A stretch of DNA of 64,000 nucleotides from Phormidium sp. Its GTDB lineage: Bacteria; Cyanobacteriota; Cyanobacteriia; Cyanobacteriales; Aerosakkonemataceae. Of the stretch, positions 30,617-38,805 are shown piece after piece. The position numbers and the translations under genes are program-made. The stretch lies in NCBI GenBank assembly GCA_051013385.1, contig CP143273.1:288001-352000 (forward strand), given 5' to 3'. The number at the start of each line of letters is the position of its first letter. Position 1 is the first letter of the stretch. The notes under the pieces are model-generated. The model searched no databases. It was not told the DNA's origin and saw only the letters and a list, made by a program, of their open reading frames with translations.

Positions 30617-30867
30617 ACACCTATTCCATCTCTAAAGAGTTGAATATTTTTAAGACTACGCATAATTGCTGGTGTCTGCTATTTCGCGTTTATTTGGACT
30701 CAACAGGACATCATATAAAACCTTGGTTAAAGTTCAACAACCAACTTATACCAATTCTCTATGAAGAAGCGCTTAATTCACCCCACCACAAACCCCTCCC
30801 CGTCCACAGGGAGAGGCAATAATTAAGCGCAATTTTACAGATAATTGGTATTACAAGCCGCTATAAG

Positions 30868-31989
30868 TCAGTTAGATAAGGCATAAGTTTGAAGGAAGTG
30901 TTCAAGTGCGTTGATTGCCTTCTGAAAATGAGTGGGTTCAACACCCAAAGCGATGCGAAAATGACCCGGACAATCTAATGCTTCTCCCGGTAACACCAAG
31001 ACTCCTGTTTCTTGCACTAATCGGTGAGCAAAGTCTTGACTATTAAGAGTTTTCAAAAAGGGAAAAGCAATTGTTCCCGCTTCAGGTTCAACCCAATCCA
31101 TTAGGTCATGATTTCGCTCAACTAATGCACGCAAGCTGGTGGCATTTTTCACAATCCATCCTCGATATTTGGGCAGTATTTTTTGCCAATTTAACAATGA
31201 ATGTTTAACCAGCATATCATTAATTGGGCTAACGGTATGGGTCGTGTAATCTTTAAGATCGTGGCAGGCTTTGACAATTTCAGGTGAGCCAATTAACCAA
31301 CCTATTCGCAAGCCGATCGAGCCAAAACACTTGCCAATTGAACCCAAAGAAACAATGGAAAGAGACTTGCCAAATAATGAGGGAATAAAATCGATTTCTT
31401 GTTGATGAGGTAAGAAGCGATAATGTTCATCAGATAGGATTTCTGTTTGATACTTTTCTGCCAGTTCGATAAATCCTTGTATTTCTTTAGAAGAATAGAC
31501 AACTCCTGTGGGATTGTGGGGACTGTTTAAAACGATGGCTTTAGTTTTATCATCTACTAATTTTGCTAACTCGGCTAAATTTGGTCGAAATTGTTCTGAA
31601 CGTCGCAAAGGTAAGTAACGGACTTCATAACCCAGGTATTTGGGAATTTCATGTAAGATATGAAAAGCCGGAACGGGAACAACTACATTAGCTCCAGGTT
31701 CATAACGAACGTGATAATAAATAAGAATAGCTTCTGTGGTTCCTGCGGTGACTAAAATATTTTCAGGGCTAACGTTTTCATAAACTGAGGCGATCGCCTC
31801 TCTTAAGCCTAGAGAACCATAAGTATCATTATTTTCCAAACTCAAGCTAAAAAACTCTGATTCACATTCTGTCAGTTTGAGCAATTCTGCTACTGACAAG
31901 TTAGTAACGCCACTTTCTCCCAAATTATAAGGGGCTTTTTCATATTTTGACAACCAAGTTTCCAGTAAAGCGGGTTCTATTTTCATCAA
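30868..31989 (-). CDS. PLP-dependent GntC-like gamma-hydroxyarginine cyclodehydratase (VioD/GntC group)
   Basis: YNLGES, SDEHYRF, SIGKCFG; Asp186/Lys219 counted from the second Met, the numbering I recall for GntC; directly downstream of a gntB-like gene. Confidence 0.7.
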   Translation of the reverse strand: MMKIEPALLETWLSKYEKAPYNLGESGVTNLSVAELLKLTECESEFFSLSLENNDTYGSLGLREAIASVYENVSPENILVTAGTTEAILIYYHVRYEPGANVVVPVPAFHILHEIPKYLGYEVRYLPLRRSEQFRPNLAELAKLVDDKTKAIVLNSPHNPTGVVYSSKEIQGFIELAEKYQTEILSDEHYRFLPHQQEIDFIPSLFGKSLSIVSLGSIGKCFGSIGLRIGWLIGSPEIVKACHDLKDYTTHTVSPINDMLVKHSLLNWQKILPKYRGWIVKNATSLRALVERNHDLMDWVEPEAGTIAFPFLKTLNSQDFAHRLVQETGVLVLPGEALDCPGHFRIALGVEPTHFQKAINALEHFLQTYALSN

Positions 31990-32003
31990 TTCTGCTCCTA
32001 AAT

Positions 32004-32474
32004 TTATAATTTTTTTTGACTTTGTGAACGAAGGCTAATGATGGCGCTTTGAATTAGAATCGGTGCATGATTGGCAGAAATAAATATTCCTCCGGCTTGG
32101 CGATCAAATAAAGCATAGTTTTTGTCCCGAAGATAAATCTGATGTGCTTTGGGAAGATTCCAGAAAGGAATGGTTGGATTTAAGTGGTGAACAAGATGAT
32201 AGCTTTCATTGTGCATCCCCGTCAAAAAATTTTCCAGCCAATGGCTGTGACGATTGCGGCTCATGTAAAGATTAATCTGATTCCTCATTAAGGAACCAAT
32301 AATTAAAGCTGCTAAGGGGTATAAATACCAGAAAGCTGAACAAGCTGCTGCCATTAGAAAAATTATCATATAATTCTCTATAAGGGCGAGGAAGCAATGC
32401 CAATTATCTAATTTCGATAAAGCAGATATTTCTCGACGAATCTCATTCTCAAACTGGTAAGTTTTATAATTCAT
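32004..32474 (-). pseudogene. GntB-like desaturase/hydroxylase with in-frame internal deletion
   Basis: KLDNWHCFLAL N-terminus joined at IIGS|LM (~32290) to MSRNR...YHLVHH; His boxes 1 and 2 missing versus 9833-10906. Confidence 0.8.
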
Positions 32475-32694
32475 ATTCCTATCAGCTAAGCCAATGCTTA
32501 ATTTATTCACGAAATTTACTGTTTTGTTTGTGCGATCGCCAAAGCTAGCAGTATGCTTCGCTCGCCGCCCCACACACAATCTTTCTGTATTATTCAGTTC
32601 TTTAGCTCAACGAGAAATAGATAAAGTTGGTATATTTGTGTAAAGTTATACTGCACCAACCTCCGATTCACAATTAATTACTTTTGTCAATATA

Positions 32695-34068
32695 CTAAAT
32701 TGGTAAATTAATTCCCCAACTAGAGCTAAAGTACTCTCGATATAGCTCACAGCTAACAGTTGCTTGATTTTCAATTAGATGCACCAATCCTAAACTTTTT
32801 AACTTAAACCCTACCGCCATTTCTAACTGGATTGGAGCATTTAAAACTTGTTGAAATGCCTCTGCTAATTTAGGATGTTGTTGAAGATTCCACAACTGAA
32901 ATTGAAGATGTTGTTGATAAATGCCAGTACTTTTCGTAGCATCTTGCAATAAGATTTGTATAGGAGTATTCAAGCAAATACTTTGATATAATGCCAGTCG
33001 AATTAAGTAAGGAAAGCCACTAGTGAGTTTCATTAATTGCTCAAGTTCACAATTTGTAAGTTGAAGTTCATGACGTTGAGCTAAATCCTGCACCTGTTCT
33101 GGGCTAAAAGTCGGCAGTTCGATCGCCAATCCCACATTAAACGGAGAGCGATGTGTAGGCAAATGAATGTAAACTTCAGTGGCATGAGCTATGACTATTC
33201 GTAATTTCTGCCAAACTGAAATGTCTTTTGTTTCCTCATACCAGGAACGCAATAAAACGAAAAAATCACTAGCAACTTCTGGGTATTCAAATAATTGATC
33301 TACACCATCTAGTGCTAAAATGAGAGGATGAGAAAGTTCTTTGAGGATATAGCCCTGAAAATAAATTGTGCTATTAATCAAAGCTCCCATATCCTCGTCC
33401 CAGTAGTCATTTAATTTAGATTCCAGACCTAATTGCCGAGTGACATTAGTACAAAACCAACGTAAAAAGCGATCGCTTTTTTCCAGCACCTGTATTCCAG
33501 CATGATATAAGTTCAGTCGTACTATATAGTAATTATGATTACTGCCATAATCCAAAATTCGTGCCATCAAGGAAGTTTTTCCCAATTTTCGTGATGCTTT
33601 AATCCGAATTAAAGCACGGGGTTGGAGAATTTCTTGATAACAGGTTTTTTCAATGCTCGATCGTTCAACGTACAAATAGGAAGCGAGAGGAACCTGACCC
33701 TCTGGAGATTCTATAAGATAGCATTTCGGTGGAACTTCTGTTGTTGGAGTTGCTGTTGTTGTCTGTGTAATCTGTAAACTATTCAGAGCAGCAGATTTTG
33801 CTAATTGCTGTTTTAGCAACATTGGGAAATTTGTCTTATTAACTTTTTCACCCAGTACCTGTGAAAGCAACATCCATAATCTAGGCGCAACTGTGAACTT
33901 AATATAGCTTTCAGAGTAGTTATTTTCTTCAGCAAGAAGAGCATAAGTTTTTTTATTTTCTAGTAGAGATTCTCGTAAGATTACCGTTTGAATGCTGGTA
34001 AGTGAAAAGCCAGTTTTTTTAGCTACTAACTCGAGCGCAAATTCAACAAGTTCTTCAGTATTACTCAT
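32695..34068 (-). CDS. wHTH + AAA-like (STAND) putative regulator
   Basis: N-terminal wHTH (RLWMLLSQVLGEKVNKTN), KASRKLGKTS, SPFNVG, SGFPYL; ATG 34068. Confidence 0.8.
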   Translation of the reverse strand: MSNTEELVEFALELVAKKTGFSLTSIQTVILRESLLENKKTYALLAEENNYSESYIKFTVAPRLWMLLSQVLGEKVNKTNFPMLLKQQLAKSAALNSLQITQTTTATPTTEVPPKCYLIESPEGQVPLASYLYVERSSIEKTCYQEILQPRALIRIKASRKLGKTSLMARILDYGSNHNYYIVRLNLYHAGIQVLEKSDRFLRWFCTNVTRQLGLESKLNDYWDEDMGALINSTIYFQGYILKELSHPLILALDGVDQLFEYPEVASDFFVLLRSWYEETKDISVWQKLRIVIAHATEVYIHLPTHRSPFNVGLAIELPTFSPEQVQDLAQRHELQLTNCELEQLMKLTSGFPYLIRLALYQSICLNTPIQILLQDATKSTGIYQQHLQFQLWNLQQHPKLAEAFQQVLNAPIQLEMAVGFKLKSLGLVHLIENQATVSCELYREYFSSSWGINLPI

Positions 34069-34069
34069 T

Positions 34070-34205
34070 TTTAGATCGGCTTGAAATAAAGAGGCTTTTT
34101 TTAGAGTCGCACGGCTTAAGTCAGCACCGACTAAGCTAACTAACTCTAGAGCAACTTGGGACAGGATTGCTTCCGTCCAATCAGCATATCTTAAATCAGC
34201 TTTCA
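34070..34205 (-). pseudogene. Internal fragment of a pentapeptide-repeat paralogue
   Basis: KADLRYADWTEAILSQVALEL...SLFQADL nearly matches a segment of 23357-24355. Confidence 0.75.
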
Positions 34206-34249
34206 AGGAAAGTACCAAAATAATAAAGCTCTTAATTCAAAAGAGTCAA

Positions 34250-34432
34250 TGCCTGAATTAGCTATGCCAGCATTTCTCTTTTTTGAGAATAATTAATTAT
34301 TTAATATTCAAGTTATAGTTGAATATAATTTTCTATGAACAAAAATATAATTTTACTCAATTTATGATTCCCAATTCTCAAAAAAAAGCCAGAGAGCAAT
34401 TCAACTTGGGAAAAGTTAAAGGAAAAGAGATT
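34250..34432 (+). mobile_element. Possible IS1380-like left end and transposase N-terminal stub
   Basis: ATG 34364 MIPNSQKKAREQFNLGKVKGKEI; resemblance from memory only. Confidence 0.3.
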
Positions 34433-34718
34433 GAGGATGCTTGTCAATGAGTGCAATACAAATATTGGTATCTAACAAATACACTTTTCCTCACGGTTCG
34501 CTTTCAATTCTTTTTTCTGCTTCTAAAGTTTTCATGGTGTTGGCAAAATCCGCTCTGGCTTCCCAATTATCCAGTAACTCCTTCATTTTTTTTAACCTTT
34601 CTTCATTACTCATTGGCCGAATCACTTCCATCTCAATATTTAATTCTTCACCATCAGGAATATTGATTTCCTCTGTTAATTAGATGGTCTTTCCCCTTTT
34701 GATGCCTTTGATTTTCAT
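34425..34718 (-). pseudogene. Decayed antitoxin/VapC toxin-antitoxin pair
   Basis: 34718-34491 MKIKGIKRGKTI*LTEEINIPDGEE (in-frame stop), then GTG 34484 MYLLDTNICIALI (PIN start), truncated. Confidence 0.6.
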
Positions 34719-34761
34719 ACAATTCTCTGTGCTACTATCTAACAGTTTAGAAGATTACTGA

Positions 34762-34791
34762 AAAAAAAGCCCTGTATACTAACAACAGGGC
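34762..34791 (-). terminator. Intrinsic terminator
   Basis: GCCCTGT..ACAGGGC stem followed by a T run on the minus strand, after an orphan D/E-rich coding tail (34820-34928). Confidence 0.5.
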
Positions 34792-34941
34792 TAGAAAAAA
34801 TGTGGTAAACAATTAGCGGTTATTCGTCCTCATCTTCCTCAAATTATTCATCTTCATCTAACTCAAAATCATCGTCCTCATCTTCATCTTCGCTATCTTT
34901 GTCTTCTTCGTCCTCGTCATCCTCTGGCCTAAACTAATAGC

Positions 34942-35790
34942 TCAACGTACGGCGCACTTTAACAATACCTGGTCGATGTCTTGACCAATACCAGACAAAC
35001 AATTATTAGATTGTGCCAACATCAAAGTACCCGTCCCACAAGCTGGTTCAAAAAAACTAGCAGTTCGGTCAATTTCTTCATGACTAATTACTTGAGAAAT
35101 GAAACTAGCAACCACTAACGGTGTCGGATAAAACCCAGCATTTCTTTGAGCTTTCTTACCACAAATATCAGGCAGAATTCTACCTAAATAATCTTCAGGA
35201 TAAAGTAGAAGAGCAGACAAATCGAAAACCTGATACAGACGCATTGATGCACCTTCACAACCTGCTGGTTCTTTTGGTAAACTTTTGTAGGCCGGATGAC
35301 CAAAACCAAACAAGGCCCAATGGCAGAAATATTCCAAATATTCCCATGCACTCCAAGTCCGCCATTCCCCATGTTTGGGAATACAATTAAGCGTATTGTT
35401 TAGCATATTCTCTGCTATGCTCGAATACTGCCATTCAATTTGGGGAATAGGTGAATTTGGTAGGGTTTCTTGCATCACAAATTTGGGTAATCGTTCGGGT
35501 TTTCGATTTTCTAAAAGAGCGAACATCGGTTCCATTTGCCATCTCTTCCAATCATGCGCCGGAACAGCTTGACACCTCGCCCAGTAATCCCACCTTCCCC
35601 AAAGACAACGGTCTACTTGCGCTAAAATTGGTAAGAGCCAACCATGTTTCAAATCCCGGTTGAGGTGAGGAATTAAATCTTTCTTGCTCTTAATTTGGTA
35701 GGATTCTTTTCGTAAATGCTGCCGAACTTCAACGCGAATTTTTGAATCAATTATGGGAATTTCAAGTAAACTTTTCATGGGTAACAACAA
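34942..35790 (-). pseudogene. N6-adenine DNA methylase-like protein, C-terminally truncated
   Basis: GFYPTP and FEPACGTG (motif I); ends just after GQDID with no catalytic NPPY-type motif. Confidence 0.65.
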
Positions 35791-35829
35791 CAGAAGTTTT
35801 GCTACCCATTGACCGCAATCGCGGTTTGG

Positions 35830-36267
35830 TTATTCAAGATAAAATGGTGGTTGCCTGTTGATATCTTCTGGCAAATTAGATGGTTCGCAAAAACGCTGCG
35901 TTTCCAATAAACTGACAGCAGCCGGATACTCGTTGGGAGCAGAAGTCATCGTTGTCGGCAATGCCAAAATCGTCACGAAATAGCGACTATAATTTAGTGC
36001 AGGGTTTATTGCAGGAGCTAACCAAGTAACGTACAATCTCCGATGAATTCCTATTACTAATCCTGCACTAGAAGTAACGGCAGCAACGCCTTCGATGAAA
36101 TCCCCATTTGCAGGACTAGTGCCAAATCTTTGATAACGAGTAATTGTTTGAAGTTGTTCGCCATCACTAATTGTTCCCAACAATTCTGACTCAATAGCAA
36201 TTCTCAATTTTAATCCCTCATCTGGACAAATAATCCAGATAGGTGGTACAAATGTATAATTGGACAT
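35830..36267 (-). CDS. Hypothetical protein
   Basis: 145-aa ORF with ATG and RBS-like GAGA; no motif recognised. Confidence 0.55.
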   Translation of the reverse strand: MSNYTFVPPIWIICPDEGLKLRIAIESELLGTISDGEQLQTITRYQRFGTSPANGDFIEGVAAVTSSAGLVIGIHRRLYVTWLAPAINPALNYSRYFVTILALPTTMTSAPNEYPAAVSLLETQRFCEPSNLPEDINRQPPFYLE

Positions 36268-36300
36268 ATTTAATCTCTAAGTCGATAAAGTGAATTTCAC

Positions 36301-36323
36301 AAAAAAACCCGCTAATGCGGGTT
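36301..36323 (-). terminator. Intrinsic terminator after polA fragment
   Basis: AACCCGC-atta-GCGGGTT followed by T run. Confidence 0.6.
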
Positions 36324-36393
36324 GGTAAAAACTTCAATTTCTTCATTTTTTCAGTTCAGAAATGCTCAATCAAGCTGGGTATATAAAGCCAAC

Positions 36394-36730
36394 TTAACCT
36401 CCCCAACTTTCAACCATTTTAATTTCAACTTCACAGGGGATTGGCGTTAAAAACTTATCTCCAGCCTCTACCATAGAGCGTTTTAGCAAAGCTTTAACTG
36501 CTTCTACTTCTGGAATCGGACACTCTAGTAAAATCTCATCATGAATTACGCAAATCAACCTGGCTCCTGTGCGATTCAGTAGTGCAAATAATTTGGCTAG
36601 TGCCAATTTTGTGATATCAGCACTCAATCCTTGAATTGGATTATTCAACATCTCGTTAAGCAATGGCTTAGAATCTTTAGACCAAAGTCTTCGCCTACCT
36701 CCTAAAGTACGACTTTCTCTAATTCCTTGA
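36394..36730 (-). pseudogene. C-terminal fragment of family A DNA polymerase
   Basis: RTLGGRRR, NNPIQGLSADITK, IHDEILLE (motif C); cut upstream by a repeat element. Confidence 0.85.
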
Positions 36731-36802
36731 AGCCAACTTCCCTGACGCTGAAATAACGGAATTACGTTAAAAAACCGGGTTTCTGCGTAAGTCCTACCTT
36801 TG

Positions 36803-38209
36803 TTACTTTATTGTTGACGAAAAGCGATCGATCCTCTCCCCACTTTTCCTCAACACCTCAGCATCTAATTTCCCGGTTTTTGCTGCTTGCATTAACGCAT
36901 ACATCGCATCATAATATAAATCATTGTCATAGGAAAGTAAAATCAAATCTACCCCAGCATTGATAGATTTTACGGTAGCATTTTCTAAGCCATCTTTGCT
37001 CCCATAAACCGCTTGCATTCCAAAATCATCGGTAATTAAAATACCATTATGTTGCCAATTTTTGCGAATAATTTCTGTTACTACTTTCTCAGAAAAAGAA
37101 GCGGCATTTACTGGATCTACTGCCATTAATTTAGCGTGTCCAATCATCGTAAATGCTTGGGTATTTTTCATCACTTCCCGAAAGGGAACCCAATCATCAT
37201 TAGTTAAATCGGCTACAGAAGCATTTAATTCTGCTTCGGCAATATGGGTATCAGTTTTGACTCTTCCTAAACCGGGGAAATGTTTAATTGTACATTTAAC
37301 GTTATATTTTTCTAATGTTTGGCAATACCACAAAGCAACTTTAGCGACGACTTCTTTATTTTCCGAAATCGCACGGTAGTTAATCTTAGAATATTTATCA
37401 TTAACAATTCTGATTCCTTTGTTTAAATCAACTACTGGCGCGAAATTCAAATTTACCCCAATTTCGGCTAATTCTTGCCCTTGTTTAGCTGCATATTCAA
37501 TGACTTTCGGTTTTTGTTGGTCGATGTTTTTTTCATCATCAATGATTCTGGCTAAAGAAGGTAATTTAGTTAAGGGTGGTGATAATCTTGATACTATGCC
37601 ACCTTCTTGATCTGCCGCAACTAAAAGAGGAGGTAAACCTTGAGTTTGGCGAATTTGTTGTAAGGTTTTAATTTCTTGTTTTACTTGCTGTTTCGTTTTG
37701 CCGCGCACATTTCTGTTAGTGATAAAAACTCCCGCTACTCCCTGTTTTTCCACTAATAATTTTAGTTCGTCAAAATCTCTGTAACCAATAACGAAATGCT
37801 GACCTAAATTGACAATGTTTGGAGTTTCGGGGGTTTTGGGAGTTTTGGGAGTTTTGGGAGTTTTGGGGGTTTTGGGGGTTTCTGGGGTGGCAGCGGTTAA
37901 ATTTTCTAAGACAGTTTGTTTGGTTAACAAGAATTTTACTTGGGAAGCTGTAGCAATAGAAAGACTCAACCAAGCTAAGGCTAAAATTATTACGCTAAGT
38001 CGTCTTCCTTTCCGGCGAAAGATTTTGTGAAAAGCCCAAATTTCTGTGAGAATTAGGAAGCTACTAACGATGATAATTAGCCAAAATAACAAGTTTCCCC
38101 AATCTGACCAAGCAGGGGTTCTAAAATACAAAGTTAAGAAAAAAACACTAACGGCTAAAACTAGTCTCAGTAGTCTACTAGAATTACTCATAAAAACAGC
38201 ACACCCCAA
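36803..38209 (-). CDS. GH3 beta-N-acetylhexosaminidase-like (NagZ-type) with N-terminal TM helices (likely ATG 38191)
   Basis: DQEGGIVSR, NFAPVVD, KHFPGLG..TDTH, ITDD. Confidence 0.85.
   Translation of the reverse strand: MGCAVFMSNSSRLLRLVLAVSVFFLTLYFRTPAWSDWGNLLFWLIIIVSSFLILTEIWAFHKIFRRKGRRLSVIILALAWLSLSIATASQVKFLLTKQTVLENLTAATPETPKTPKTPKTPKTPKTPETPNIVNLGQHFVIGYRDFDELKLLVEKQGVAGVFITNRNVRGKTKQQVKQEIKTLQQIRQTQGLPPLLVAADQEGGIVSRLSPPLTKLPSLARIIDDEKNIDQQKPKVIEYAAKQGQELAEIGVNLNFAPVVDLNKGIRIVNDKYSKINYRAISENKEVVAKVALWYCQTLEKYNVKCTIKHFPGLGRVKTDTHIAEAELNASVADLTNDDWVPFREVMKNTQAFTMIGHAKLMAVDPVNAASFSEKVVTEIIRKNWQHNGILITDDFGMQAVYGSKDGLENATVKSINAGVDLILLSYDNDLYYDAMYALMQAAKTGKLDAEVLRKSGERIDRFSSTIK
37819..37888 (-). 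repeat. In-frame 9-bp tandem repeat encoding (P-K/E-T)n
   Basis: GTTTTGGGA/G units; protein TPETPKTPKTPKTPKTPKTPETP. Confidence 0.85.
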
Positions 38210-38384
38210 CTTATCCTCTCACCTAACTTTTTAGATAAAATGCCCAAGGGCACCTACTTTGATTAAAATAATTCAATCTAGGGAGAGATGACTAGTTATT
38301 TTAATACTAAATTAGCTAAATTAATCTGCAACCAGAAACCTGTTTTGGGTGTTAGAGTCGTTGCAGTTACCAAAAATAATGGGA

Positions 38385-38776
38385 TACAATCCCCGTCCTA
38401 GAAATACGGCTTTTGGTACAATATTGTTGGTGATTACATAAGCCCCAGATGCAGCTACATCACGGTCTTCTTGGTAGCCACATTTTTCGGTGGAGAGAGT
38501 ATAAGACCTTGTTAAAGGCAGTTTTCGGTGAAGCGTCAACCCCATTCAGAGTGGGTTCCTTGTCAATACTGCTCGGTTTTTGAGTAGGGGCGAAGCATTC
38601 GGGTCAAAAATTATGGCCTAAAACCTAGATTTTCTGCCCGAATGCTAATGCCTACGGCACGCACTCGCGTTCGCCCCTACAAAGGCAAAAAATACTTAAC
38701 CGAGCAGTATTGGGCTCCTTGTTTGGTGTCGCTTGGTGAGGAATCACCGCACTTATAGGGCGGTGAGGATGTCAAA
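38385..38776. mobile_element. IS200/IS605 (TnpB) remnants
   Basis: Minus-strand KCGYQEDRDVAA (TnpB C-terminus); end-like hairpins near 38390 and 38740-38775 (..GAGGATGTCAA). Confidence 0.55.
38564..38712. mobile_element. MITE, copy 2
   Basis: TIR CAATACTGCTCGGTT/AACCGAGCAGTATTG; flanks GGTTCCTTGT and GGCTCCTTGT suggest a 10-bp target duplication. Confidence 0.75.
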
Positions 38777-38805
38777 AACTAGCAGTATCTTAAACTAAGA
38801 GTACG

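Noticed and set aside
5247..32474. Complete guanitoxin, saxitoxin or cylindrospermopsin cluster
   Set aside because: No methyltransferases, kinase, aldolase, SxtA-like or PKS/NRPS genes in the window; only isolated homologues
32695..34218. 507-aa pentapeptide-wHTH-AAA fusion as a real novel architecture
   Set aside because: The pentapeptide part is an internal fragment of a paralogue; the stub at 24371 points to the true start at 34068
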